Assembly (NCBI GenBank): GCA_051362555.1
Contig: CM120643.1
Location: 27,780,848 to 27,844,847, forward strand
Length of the DNA: 64,000 nucleotides
Source: Lingula anatina
Taxonomy: Eukaryota; Animalia; Brachiopoda
Direction of reading: 5' to 3'
A program made the position numbers and the translations under genes. Under the pieces are notes generated by a model. That model was not told the DNA's origin and did no database searches. It was given only the letters and a program-made list of their open reading frames with translations. This document shows, piece by piece, positions 40,484 to 53,054 of this stretch. Each line of letters starts with the position of its first letter. Position 1 is the first letter of the stretch.

Positions 40484-41295
40484 GAACAACTCATAGAAAT
40501 ATCATAAATAACTTGTTACCACCAGAACAGCAGTTATCACAATTATTCTGGAATCTGTGTTTGTCATCAGACCACAGGTACCTATATAGATGGCTATTAA
40601 TACTAGGTACCTCCATTATAATCTTTTATGTGAATATTACAGAAAAAGAAACTTTTTATAGCAGTCTTTGTACATGGAATGGATTCATTAACCATTGGTA
40701 AGTATCGGTTTGGGGAAATTGCTGTTTACCCCAGGAAAGTTAAAATTTTGACCAAAATGAACAGATGTTATCCCTTTAAGCCAACCTTGGGCTCTGGATA
40801 ATGGTGTGAATGTCACACTGTCAAGTTATTCAAGTTTTATGTTCAGCACTGGGCACGGTATAGGTTATTGAAACATCTGAAATAATTTTGTTTTTCATCA
40901 CATTTTATTTTTAGGGGCTGGATTATTTGAGAAAGAACTCCATACAAATATACAAGTTCATTGTGTGATAGGAGATTCGCACCAGAAACCTTTGTTTACT
41001 ACTAATTAGCAGTTCATAGACTGAAAGAAGTACGAATATCAGGGCAGTAGTGGGAAAGAACAAAAAAATGTGTTCTCATAAAGAATTCTTGAGTTGAGAG
41101 CAATTAAACCACCCACAAGTACCTAGTTTCTGCATATGCTGTGACACAATTACATTCAGGGAGAAGAATTGTGCATGTTGAAGTTCTGTGGTCAGCCAGC
41201 AAAAGTTCTGTCAGAATCTTTTTACCATTTGAAATTGTTAACATTTATTGGGAAAATACAAATCCCAGAGCTGTAATAAGACATTTACTTTCAAA

Positions 41296-42105
41296 ATGAA
41301 TTGCACTGCCCCTGAAAGAATTCACACTGGAGAGAGACCATACAAATGCCAGTATTGTGATAAGACATTTACTCAAAAGGGGAATTGCACTGAACATGAA
41401 AGGCTTCACACAGGAGAGAGGCCATACAAATGCCAGTACTGTGATAAGACATTTATTAAAAAAGATAATTGCAAATTTCACATAAGAATTCACACTGGAG
41501 AGAAACCATTCAAATGCCAGTTTTGTGATAAGGCATTCATGAAAATACAGAATTGCAATCGACATGAAAGAATTCACACTGGAGATAAACGATACAAATG
41601 CCAGTATTGTGATAGGGCATTTACTTACAAACAGTCTTGTACTAAACATGAAAGAATTCATACTGGAGAGAGACCGTACAAATGCCAGTACTGTGATAAG
41701 ACATTTATTCAAAAATACAACTGCAGTCTTCATGAAAGAATTCACACTGCAGAGAAACCATTCAAATGTCAGTACTGTGATAAGAAATTTACTCAACAAT
41801 GGATTTGCATTCATCATGAAAAAAAACACACTGAAGATATACTAGTAACCTACAAGTGTAAGTTTTGTGACAAGATATTTGTCAGTAGAAGTGAATGTGA
41901 TCTACATGAAAAAGATCACACTGATGCATCAGCTGTTCAGATACCAAATGGTCAGAATGCTACAGAAGTTGACCATGGTAAAACTGCAGTCTGTCAGGAT
42001 AGTAATGGTGTACCACAGGTATTGGTTATAAACAAACTTGATGATTGTGGTCCTGCAGGAGAGCAACCATATCCTGTGGCTTTGTTTAAAAATGCATTTG
42101 CTTAG
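41296..42105 (+). CDS. C2H2 zinc-finger protein, paralog C (7 fingers)
   Basis: Seven CxxC..HxxxH units after a degenerate first finger; ends QPYPVALFKNAFA. Start uncertain (ORF opens at TTG 41248, first ATG 41296). Candidate upstream donors near 39780, 40378 and 40698. Confidence 0.82.
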   Translation: MNCTAPERIHTGERPYKCQYCDKTFTQKGNCTEHERLHTGERPYKCQYCDKTFIKKDNCKFHIRIHTGEKPFKCQFCDKAFMKIQNCNRHERIHTGDKRYKCQYCDRAFTYKQSCTKHERIHTGERPYKCQYCDKTFIQKYNCSLHERIHTAEKPFKCQYCDKKFTQQWICIHHEKKHTEDILVTYKCKFCDKIFVSRSECDLHEKDHTDASAVQIPNGQNATEVDHGKTAVCQDSNGVPQVLVINKLDDCGPAGEQPYPVALFKNAFA

Positions 42106-42759
42106 TTCATTGTATAAAAATGCATATATCATGATGCAGTAGTTTGAAGGTTAAATGATTGCCAGTTGAATTTTGGCATTAAATACCCAAACAGTTGGTG
42201 AATAAATAAAGTTGAGAAATAAATTTTAAAAAATTGTAATTCAAATGATGTATAAGTCAACAGTATTAAATTGCAGTTGAACTTAAAGCAGAAAGTAAAA
42301 TTAGGTTAGTAGTACTTAATTGATATTTTTTAAACTAGTCATTAATTTTAATATATTTATTCTAATGGTATGTACATGTTGACAGGAACTATGCTGTACC
42401 TGTTTTATCACCACTGTGAACCTACTTTTGCTTCAGGAATAATTGAGAAGTTATGAATATTTGTTTTTTTAGCATAAGCTTAAAATTCTCAATTTAACAA
42501 AGTAAAGAAAAAAGGATTCTAGAAGACAGACATGAGAGTTGCTGAGAATGTCTTAGCTTTTTAATTAAACTTAACTTTGTCTTACAGTAATTGGGATAAT
42601 GCAAGTGTAATGTCTCTGTATTTTGTGTCTTTTATGAAATACATAAAGGTGTCTTCCAACTTTTTGGCATGATTTATTCTGCACTAAAGTATGTGTCAGT
42701 TTCAAACAGCAGGTTATTATATTGTACTTTAATTTTTAACTCATTGACATGTTCATGTG

Positions 42760-42963
42760 CGTAGCAGACGCTTCCCCCCCCCCCCCCCCCCCCGAAAATT
42801 TTTGGTATTTTAGAGGGCGAACAGCTACATTTGGCGCAGTTTAGAACTATAATTCAGCTTGTCAAAATTCTAATTTGAAGAAGGAACCTTTGGTTAGATT
42901 TTTTCAGAAATCAAGGGGGGGGGGCAGGACCCCCTGACCCCCCCTCCTCTAAATCTGCTACTG
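42760..42963. mobile_element. Degenerate CAG-ended MITE related to 45606-45939
   Basis: Termini c(a)gtagcaga / tctgctactg with flanks atgtg / ctgtg. The interior resembles the reverse complement of 45650-45790. Confidence 0.6.
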
Positions 42964-43275
42964 CTGTGTAACACGCATGAAAGTTTAAAGAAAGTAATTA
43001 TTAATTTGCATGATATTTTAACATGAATTGCTTTCTCATCAAGTAAAAAACAAATGAAACATTTCTGTTGTACGTCACTACATAACTGTTATGATAAAAG
43101 GTGAAATGTAAACGGTGACTGATCTCGGCCATACTGATTACGAGGTATTCCTCAACCGCCATTTTTCCACTGGTGAAAACCTGATGTAATCTCCACAAGA
43201 CGAGTGAATATTTCCATAAAAGATTGCCACTACCAACACGAAAGGTTCGCGGTATTACCATAATTATGGTTTTTG

Positions 43276-43442
43276 CAGGCCCGTAGCCAGGGGGGTTCGG
43301 GGGGTTCAAAAGAACCGCCCCTTTTGCTGGGAAAAAGTCCACTTTGGGTAGAATTTGATCAGGGTACATAAAGCTTTTATGGGAAAAGGTCCACTTTTTC
43401 AAAAAAAGAACCCCCCTTTTGAAATTGCTGGCTACGGGCCCG
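43276..43442. mobile_element. MITE with 15-bp TIR
   Basis: caggcccgtagccag ... ctggctacgggcccg; flanks ttttg / tttta. Confidence 0.7.
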
Positions 43443-43769
43443 TTTTAGATACTTCTTTGGATCCTAATGTTTTATGTATAGCTCCCACCTTATTGGAATA
43501 AAATATTCGTGAATATTGGATCAGCTTTGAAAGGTTGTGCAATTTTAACGAGCATCACTATTTCTCTAGGTAAGTGAAAGGATTAATCATATTGAATCAA
43601 ATCGATATACCTCTCCATCTTCTCCCGCCCTGCAAGGACATTGAGAGAAACAATTTTTAAGACGTTCGCATATGATTTTGTCGATAAAATGTTTCTCGGT
43701 CAATAAACTATTCATTTGTTTTGGAGTCAAAATAACACATCACCGTTTTCACATATGAATAATTCAAAG

Positions 43770-43804
<35 letters not shown>

Positions 43805-44324
43805 GTGCGTGAGCGTGCACGCAAATTCACGTGCGCACAAGTACAAGTACATGTGCCCACAAGTTATCTAATAGACTTGCGTTACGCGTATACGCATTGA
43901 CAAACACATTCAACTAAACGTCTGAACACACACGCACACATGCTCGCCCTCGCGCACAAGCACGTACAAACACACACACACGCTACAACACACAAATCTG
44001 ATGCCCACCACGTACAATATACAGAGAGATAATCCCAGATATCACACCTCTAAGATAATACCAACACCGTGGAGGTGTCAGCCGTTATATTCCCTGTCCT
44101 GTGACCCACCCCTTCTCACACACAATACTTCTAATTTACTGCCATGCACCGCTGAACTTAGATAACTTTCCCTGCGACATTACTTTTAACGCATTGCTTG
44201 ATGTGACATCAGATAAACGTGGGTTGGTCATGAATATGTGAACGGTTTTCTTATGAAAGGACGGTTGTGTAAGCCGTCACGTTGACGGACATGCGCGATA
44301 GTAGCCGATACGGTTTCAATTAAG

Positions 44325-44470
44325 TGTTATAAAACGGCGTTATAAAACAATACGCTTTATTTATTAGAGAGAGTGAAGGCGGGCCAGTCAATGTGAAGGT
44401 ACTTCAAAGACGCTGTGAGGTGAAACACGAAGCAACTCATCATTTTCTAAACGAAAGAGGACTTAAGGTA
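44325..44470 (+). promoter_or_regulatory. Candidate TATA promoter and non-coding first exon of the CRTAC1-like gene
   Basis: Two TATAAAA boxes (~44328 and 44341), donor aag|gtaaat at 44468, and acceptor ttccag directly before the ATG at 45013. Confidence 0.5.
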
Positions 44471-45012
44471 AATACTCGCTGTGTTAACCTGAAGCATGCA
44501 TGGTGCTAGGCGTACTGTACTCACCAGCTTAACTATACCGCACTGAGAATCATCACCGGGGTATAATCCTATAGTCAGTGAATACTCCTTGTTCCGCTGT
44601 CATTGATTTTATGTACACATTGCGCTACGTTACCATTTGACCTCCAGTGGCTATTTTGAGTATGTTAGCAGGGCTTTGTCACAGCCCCAGGTATTTAGAA
44701 GGCATATGATCTGCATGTATAGTTATTGCTGATTCTGTAAGGGTCATATGCATGTTTAGTGCGTCTATGTGTGTGCGTGTGTTTATTTTATTGTAGACTC
44801 TGCGCCATCTAACCGAGAAATGTGCGAGCGTGTTACTGCATGTGCATGATTGTGTGCGTGCGTGGTCCAGAAAAGACATAGTTTGAACCAACAAAATAAT
44901 AGGCGTGTATGTTTCTGGAATGTAATATTTGTCATATTTGAAAAATAAAATCATACGGGAGTAAATTTACTGCCTTTTCTTTTTAATCAAAGAATATAAA
45001 CGTAATTTCCAG

Positions 45013-48000
45013 ATGTTATCCCAAATACTGTCCCTTGCCTGCCTGGCCGCCATTGCTAAGCAGACGACAGCCCAGGGAATGTTCCGACGTACATCTGACG
45101 AGTGGGGGTTGTCCGGCATCCCGACCACCCAGCTTAACTACGGCGTCGCTGTGGCAGACGTCGACCTCGACAAGAAGTTTGATTTTATCATTGCTGGGTA
45201 AGGCCCAACTTTTGTTGTCTCTAACCAGGCGCCTGTTTCACAATAGAAGTTTACACCGAAATTTGTTATCAACTTTAGGGCCATCAATTCAGTATGATTC
45301 CGTTGTAGTCCGCTAAGATTGAGTAGCTATAGGACCGTTAAGCTTTCTTTTCTCATGACGCTTCGCAACTACTGGTTTTCCCGCTTTTTAAGTTGACAAT
45401 TAAGTTTTTTCTAAGCACCATTTGAACCCAATGTGAATCCGTGTCTTTCCCTTAAAAAAAAACATCAATATTAAAATTTATAATTTGTTTTCAGGTTTGG
45501 CGGTCCAAATATTGTTCTGAAATACGACAGATCGCTGGGACGTCTTGTCAACATCGCACAGGAAGACACGCCGTACGCCGCCCTGAGAGATAAAGATGGT
45601 AAGTGCAATGGCGGATTTGGGGGGGGGGGGGGGGGGGGTCGTCAGGGGGTCTTGACCCCCCCCCCCCCCAATTCGATTTTTGAAAAAAAAATCACACCAA
45701 TCTTCTCCTCTTGAAATTAGAACTAGGACTAGCTGAATCACAATTATAAACCGTACCAAATAGCACCGTTCGCCCTCTAAAATACCAGTTTTTTTCGGGG
45801 CCCTTCGGCCGGCCCCGGACCCCACACCGGGGAGGGGGGGGTAGGGTCTGAGAGTCGCGGTTTGGCTTTACATCCGCGGCCTGTCATTCTTAAAAACCGG
45901 ACCCCCTTCCCTCTTCAAATAATCCCGGATCCCCCCCTGAAGTGTATATCAGGAAAGGTTAGTTAGACTATAATTATACTTATAGCCTGTAACGCCAGCC
46001 ACCACTGGAGGCAAGTGACTTGTAACTTTAGCGTTGAATATGGTGATAGAGTTGGAATTTATAGGGATTTTAGATGACAAGAAACGGTCAGAGATCCAAA
46101 ACTGAAGAAATATACGTAAGGAAAGAAGTCCTTATTCACTACCTGGCATATAATAACATTCCTTTCTTCATTTTAATCACTTGAACGAAAAAGAGGAATG
46201 AAAAACAAGAGTAGGCCCTATCGCTTAAAAATCTGTTATCTGAGTCACATCGAGCTCTGCATTGTAACTTTTCTCCTTAACAGACACTCCGTGAAACATT
46301 TCAGTGCGTTGTTATTAAGATAAAAATCGGCTGTCACACGCTGCAGCACGTGTTTATGCTCTTTATTTACCGCAAAGTTTTTTTCACATCTGGGTCAATT
46401 TGGTAAAGTTTGAGACAATAAACATTTACGTGTATCAACCTGTGCTAGGTTGGATGCTAGGTTGGATGCTAGGTTAGTCCAGTGACCTAGATCTTTATCT
46501 AGGTCATAACTTAGCCCTACTTAGATAGGATAAAAAAAAAGATTTTTGAATTTATACAGAGAATGTCAAATAAGTACCGTATCCCTGGCAACCAACACAA
46601 CGAACTGCTTGGCCTTTAATAGCGCAGCAAAGTTTAGACAAATGATAAAATATTTTTATTTGTGGAATTATAATGTGAAATGTTTTACCTTTATGGCCAA
46701 TTTTAACTTAATTTATTGATTGAATTGAACAATATTTGATAGAATTATCCAACCGTTTGGTTAGAAGAAAATCTATTCTTGTCTGATCCCATTACTACTT
46801 CACAAACTCGGATATGATTCCCGTCTTTAAAAGCAGTTTTAAAAAATAAAAAGATATCGCCCTTAGAAGTGGTTTTCCTTTGTTTAAAAGGGGTTATGTG
46901 AAGGGACATATATGGAGAGGCTTACGTGTGACAAATTTGGCAAGAAAAGTGGCACGGATTGCTGTAGTTTTGCAATAAAAGGTCCAAGTTGATGTCGGGA
47001 TGGCAAATAAAAGTTGTATCGGTGTAAAATCAAAATTCCTTTCTCCGTTTATTTTACTGATAGTGATCAATTGAAGGTTGTCACGTGTTTTCGGCGACTT
47101 TCACCAGTCATAAATTGTATTAAAACGTGGTCATGGCGGACGTTAACGATGTCACAGGACGCGCAGACCATGTGGACCAATAGTTACGCTGTCACGGACG
47201 CTGACCAGTTACTCCTATCTCTAACGGTAATCAATGTAGGCCAAAATTAAAGGGCCGTGGATGAAAAACGTTTTGGAATGTGGCAGCTTATTTGTGGTCT
47301 AGCTCCGTGTTTGTCCAAAATTGGCCAAAACAATTCGATGGTGTTATTGACGAAAATATTTAATGTACATGTAAAATGAGTTGTTAAACGGTTTAAAGTC
47401 GCACGGGGTGTTAGAATATTGGTAAATGATGACTCATATGCTTCCTGGGGTACATGTAGTTACGAGTATAAAAAAAGGAAATATTGATAAGTATAAAAAA
47501 TGTATAAGGAAGTTCCGAAAAACATAGGCTATTAATGTAGAAGTGCACATTACGAATGTGAACGAATGTGAGCTTACTGAATCGAAGGAAACTCGATGTC
47601 CTGTATGAAATATGAAATACATGTGATTCACAGAATAGAAAAGAGGGGCGGGTTAGTACTCGTGCTGGAGTATAATACTTAAAAGAAGTGCGCGAAATTA
47701 AAATCTGAAGATGTATTGATATAATAAGCAATAAATAATAAATGATTTGGGATACATGGGTAAACCTAAATATACTCAAGTTATTAGAGTAACCAATTGC
47801 CAAAACATCATCTTATTTAAAAGTTGGGTACATATTGTATATTTAGGTGCTGCCATTGGCGTGGCTGCCTGCGATATCGATGGAGACGGCAAGGAAGAGA
47901 TTTACTTCCTGAACACAAACGGGGCGTACGGCGGTCAGAGCACGTACAAGGACAAATTGTTCAAGTTCAGGAACGGCATGTACGTGGACCTGTTCTCTGA

Positions 48001-51000
48001 TCCAGTCAACAGTGCCCTAGGAGCAGTTAATTTTGCCGGAAGATCTGTCGCCTGTGTAGACCGCTATGGGACCGGGAAATATGCTTTCGTCTTGGCGGCA
48101 TACTCGAATGGTGGGTTTAAAACATTTGAAATTGGCGTCTGTTTTTGTTTTTTCGCCATTTTTTTTCCGTGGGATATATTTTTGTATTCAAATTATATTT
48201 CCGCCAAATTATATATTATTACATATTATTAGGATTTGACGAAACGTTTATATTTTGGTATTCATTTTTTCATGTTTAATTTAAAAAATCACATCTTAAT
48301 AGTCTCCGTTCTAGGAAAGGAATTGTATTTCAGTGTATATTACTGGTTTTCCTATTCTTCTGACACAGATGGGAGGTTCAGAATTTTATTTCATGTATTT
48401 TTAATTCTTATGTCTCAAATGGATGCCTAATAATGTTCATAAACATTTCTGTTTAAGGTAACATGGGCGAATTTGCCATGATTGAGATGGACGAGCAACA
48501 CCCGCAAAACGACAAGGCCACGGGTATGATTGTACTAAGGAACGTTGCCAAGGAAGCAGGAATCGACAAGCAAACAGGTAAGTTATTTCTTACTATCGTT
48601 CTCTCTGCCCTTCACATTACTGCACTCTTGTGACTGATAAAAAGCTTACGAAAGCAGCATTTTCTTTTGCTAAATGCGGGTGTCGTTGGGGCATCGAAAC
48701 GGGTCAATTGTTGGCAGATTTTGTTTTATATTATGATTGTACAGGTTCTATAAATCATTGCCTCATATACCCAAGACTGTTATTAATTCGGCGAGATGAC
48801 GGTGAACCTGACAAATAAAAAGCAGTGTGATCACTTAATTGTGGGAATAAAATAGTCAATTATGATGTAGCCTGCACGCAAACTAAAAAATTACATGTCT
48901 GCAATCTCATTTCTTGCAGGTGGGCGTGGTGTTACCGTGGGACCCATAGTGACTGACAGGTCAGATATGTTCTTTGTGAACGAGGGCGGTAACTTTGGCA
49001 ACAAGGGAGATAACTTCCTCTTCAGAAACATGGGCAATGGCATGTTTATGGACGTCGCCCCCATGGTCGGTAAGGGAAAGTTGAAAAAACAACATTTTAC
49101 TTAGTCAGAAAGCTTTCATTTATTTTACTTGTTTTTATTTTTTTATTTTCATGCAGAATCTTGTACTCTGATTTGTTTTAAACAATGACTAGTAAAGATC
49201 GACAGTCAGTAAATATGAAAATAGTCTCAGAATTTATAAACGCCAATCATTGTTGACGCAGGTGTGACTGACAGCGACACAAACGGAAGGGGCGTGGCTC
49301 TCTCGGACTTCAACCACGACGGTATGCTGGACATCGTGTACGGCAACTGGAACGGCCCGCACAGGCTTTTTATGCAGAGTAACGCCACCGGGATGCCCTC
49401 GTTTATGGTAATGTCTAAATCACATGCTCTGATAGCAATAATGAGAAGTAGTATTTTCCTTTAATTTTGCAGCGTTTCAAGAGGTCGGAAATATGGGCTT
49501 TCTGAAAATAGTTTTTATTAAATATGAATATAATAAAGGATGTTCTCATTGAGTGTAGTGAAATGCGTTCGGTTTCTTCTCTAATAAAAATTGTTAATTA
49601 ACGGGATAGTTCTTACAGATTTGAAAAAAATATACGAGGCGAAAAAAAAAAACGTAGTCGCACAACATAAAAGACATCTTTTTGTCGTGTCTATGTCAAC
49701 AACATACCAATTACATCACCACTTAAATTTCATTACAGAATGTTGCCAAGGGAACGTTTGAAGACCCCACCGCCATTCGAACCATGATTGCAGCAGACTT
49801 TGACAACGACGGGGATGTGGAGGTTCTTCAGAACAATATTTATTACAATGGACCACAACCAAATAAACTGTTCCGCGTCTCCCCCACGGGCGCCGGTATG
49901 AACATAGCCCAGCTGGATATTGGGGACGCCCTGGAGTACTACGGCTTTGGCACAGGTGAACTAATTAGAACTTAGTAAAAGTAAAGAAGAAACTTGCAAA
50001 AAAAAAAAAGTGACCTATACTTTACTAATTTCTTTGTCTCATTACTATCGCCTTAAGTTATCGTTTGAACGTAATTATTGCACGTGATTGATGAAATTAA
50101 TGATTTATCCCATTCCACGATAGGTGGCGCTGTGACCGACCTGGATGGCGACGGCCAACTGGAACTGCTTCTGTCCCACGGGGAGTCAAGCAGGCAGCCT
50201 CTGGAGATCTATAATGTCACCATGGGCAGTGACCGTAACTGGATGAGGGTACACGCTTACACCAGGTACGGCGCTCCCGCACGCGGTGCCAAAATAACAG
50301 TTGTCGTGGAAGATGGCACCACGAGAACGCGTATCCTGGACGCTGGATCCGGGTACCTTTGCCAGATGGAGCCCGTGGCCCACATTGGTCTCGGGATGAA
50401 GAAAGGGGTGCAGTGCCGCATCCAGTGGCCTGATGGGAAGGTACTGGTGCTGCCCCTAGGGGATAAAGATCAGATGGCACCGCATTATGTCCCATATCCC
50501 GTCGAGGAGGGAGAGGAAGGGATACCGGAACCAGAGCCAGGGATGGGCTCCATGCCAGAACCGTCTCCAGAGCCGGGCTATATGGGAGGGGACGGCAACA
50601 GTATGGGAGACGGTTACTCCACACCAGAACCAGGCTACATGGGAGGCAATATGGGAAGTGGATCCAGCAATGTGGGAAGTGGATATTCTACACCAGAACC
50701 AGGCTACATGGGAGGCAATATGGGAAGTGGATATTCTACACCAGAACCAGGCTATATGGGAGGCAATATGGGAAGTGGATCCAGCAATGTGGGAAGTGGA
50801 TCAAGTAATATGGGAAGTGGATATTCTACACCAGAACCAGGCTATATGGGAGGCAATATGGGAAGTGGATATTCTACACCTGAACCAGGCTATACGGGAG
50901 GCAATATGGGAAGTGGATCAAACAATATGGGAAGCGGATATGCCACACCAGAACCGGGCTATACGGGGGGCAATATGGGAAGTGGATCGAGCAATGTGGG

Positions 51001-51229
51001 AAGTGGATCAAACAATATGGGGAGTGGATATTCTACACCAGAACCAGACTATATGGGAGGCAATATGGGAAGTGGATCCAGCAATGTGGGAAGTGGATCG
51101 AGCAATGTGGGAAGTGGTTCCGGCCTGTACATGGGCGACAAAGAGGGGATGAAGAATGAAGGAGACGTTCAGACAAATAATGGGAATTATAACACACAAC
51201 AAGGTACGAATAGACACGAAGAATTATAG
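45013..51229 (+). CDS. CRTAC1: Cartilage acidic protein 1-like (FG-GAP propeller plus ASPIC/UnbV) with a low-complexity tail, 8 coding exons
   Basis: Exons 45013-45197, 45495-45598, 47847-48110, 48458-48577, 48920-49069, 49262-49407, 49739-49955 and 50124-51229. Signal peptide; motifs PTTQLNYGVAVADVD, AIGVAACDIDGDGKEEIYFLNTN, GRSVACVDR, GRGVALSDFNHDG.LDIVYGNWNGPHRL, GSGYLCQMEPVAH.GLG and WPDG match recalled CRTAC1. Confidence 0.9.
45606..45939. mobile_element. CAG-type MITE with 5-bp TSD inside a CRTAC1 splice donor region
   Basis: aagtg|caatggcggatt ... ggatccccccctg|aagtg; the TSD is positions +3 to +7 of the intron. Confidence 0.75.
50610..51120 (+). repeat. Coding tandem repeat: 7 x GY(S/A)TPEP(G/D)Y(M/T)GGNM with GSGS(S/N)N(V/M) spacers
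   Basis: Read directly from ORF 50078..51229. Confidence 0.9.
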
Positions 51230-51909
51230 CAAATTAGAGTATGCATTATCGCTCAAATCACTGCCAGTTGTTTGTGATGCTATTTTGCATCTTGGTTTTG
51301 CATGCGAAACGTACTATAATTTAGAACATTATCATTATCTCACTATCAGTCACAGAAATTATGGTTTCGAGCTACACTCGTCCCTTCTCCTGCTTACAAC
51401 TAAATCGCTGAACAAATATCCACTTTGGCTAAGGAAAAGCGAACAATATTGTTGTTTTTCAACATATTTATTACTGATAAAATTTCTAAATTTGATTTCG
51501 TTTAAATTATCCAGCATTTTTGCTAATAGAAATTTAACAGTAGAGGAAGGCCAGGTTTCTTACTCACAAAAACTATCTGTGATATTTTCTTATTGTAGTA
51601 TGATATGCTAATGTGCGTGGTTATTTATTCATACTGTAGTCAGTTACATCATGAAGAGATATAGAATAGTGCATGTAGTTGATATACCGTTTTCTTTAAT
51701 GTGGAACTGAATATAAATCTGTTAGATAATCCACAATGTTGGAATGCCTTTAAGTCGTGTGAACTTGAGGTATGTGTCCAAACATTCCGAGAATGGTAGA
51801 ATATGAATCTCATTATATAAATAAAACTAAATAAATGAATTAATAAACAAGAAAGATTTAAGGCTTAAACACTGGAAAATCACTGTAAAAATTTATGCAT
51901 TGCTTCAAG

Positions 51910-51966
51910 GGGCCGGCATGTACACTATTGGCACAGGTTATATGCTGAACCCGGCGATGTCCGCAG
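51910..51966 (+). CDS. Candidate 57-nt phase 1-1 linker exon (GAGMYTIGTGYMLNPAMSA)
   Basis: ttcaag| ... gcag|gtgaga; open in phase 1, and G/M/Y-rich like the CRTAC1 tail. Confidence 0.5.
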
Positions 51967-53054
51967 GTGAGAACAAAACACTTGGATATCCCGATATCTT
52001 ACCTGGGGCCTCCCACCTCCCATACTAAAAATTTAAAAAATTAACACTCATGTTCTAATAACACTATTTTTGTACTTGTATATAGGTTTTATATGTTAGA
52101 CGCAAAACTGTAGTGATTAGCGCTTAATGTTATGTTGTGGGATCAAATTATAGAGATGATAGATAGATGAGCTCAACAGATAGCGTCGCCCCAGTACGGC
52201 GCCGTCTTTTTGTCTCAGTGCGGGGATTGTAGCGGTCGTTGAGGTGTACTGTGGTGACGTTGAAATTAAAACCATAGTGAACGATCTATTTTTACATAGA
52301 ATATTTTATGTTGATGTCTGAATTATAATATTATGAAACAGAATACTAACGACCCAGTGAACTCTACTTTACATTAACATACCGAAATAAAACTGGTGTT
52401 GGTTTATATGCAATGATTATAATATTGTTTATCTCACTTTAAGCGCATTTATTTTTTGTTATCAAGTCATCTTTCTTTTTAACAAATTGTATCTCTATGG
52501 AGGTGTATCTCAACAGTACTGTACCCTCGTGTTATGATAGTGAACAGTGCCGTATATTAGATATATATATATATATTGTACATTTCATTTTCAAATAGTA
52601 TTTTTGAATTGCGGATTACTTTATGCCACATTTAACATGTGATCTAACCACCTCAAATGTCATAACCCGTACACTGATCCAGATGAACATTTTAATCACT
52701 CAAACCTGGAACCCGAATCCACCTCGTCTTTTCGGTGACAGTGATTTGTGCTGACATTTATGATGATAGTTATGCATAGTTACCAATTATCATGTTAATA
52801 TTGTGGAAAGAGTAAGTTATGTGCATGGTTCTTTGCTGTTGTTATTTTTTCCAGATCTTGGTTGTCGCTGGACTTAAATGAATGGTGCAAATGTTGATAT
52901 TGTAATAAACTATTTTTGAATTTTCGGCAGTGTTGTTTCTTCTGATAAATTCAGGGTAAATTCACCATCGGGAATAACAGTCCAGTGCCTTCTCTCTTCG
53001 TTTAATAATAAAGTGGTTTAATTCTGATGATAAATAAATTGCGTTTCCCTCCAG

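Noticed and set aside
46285-47410. Possible CAC...GTG-ended element in CRTAC1 intron 2
   Set aside because: Inverted match is only ~9 bp with a mismatch and there is no TSD.
50487-51152. 221-aa WEVD/WEAI repeat ORF
   Set aside because: Alternate frame of the CRTAC1 tail repeat; the G/S/Y frame is the one continuous with the ASPIC domain.
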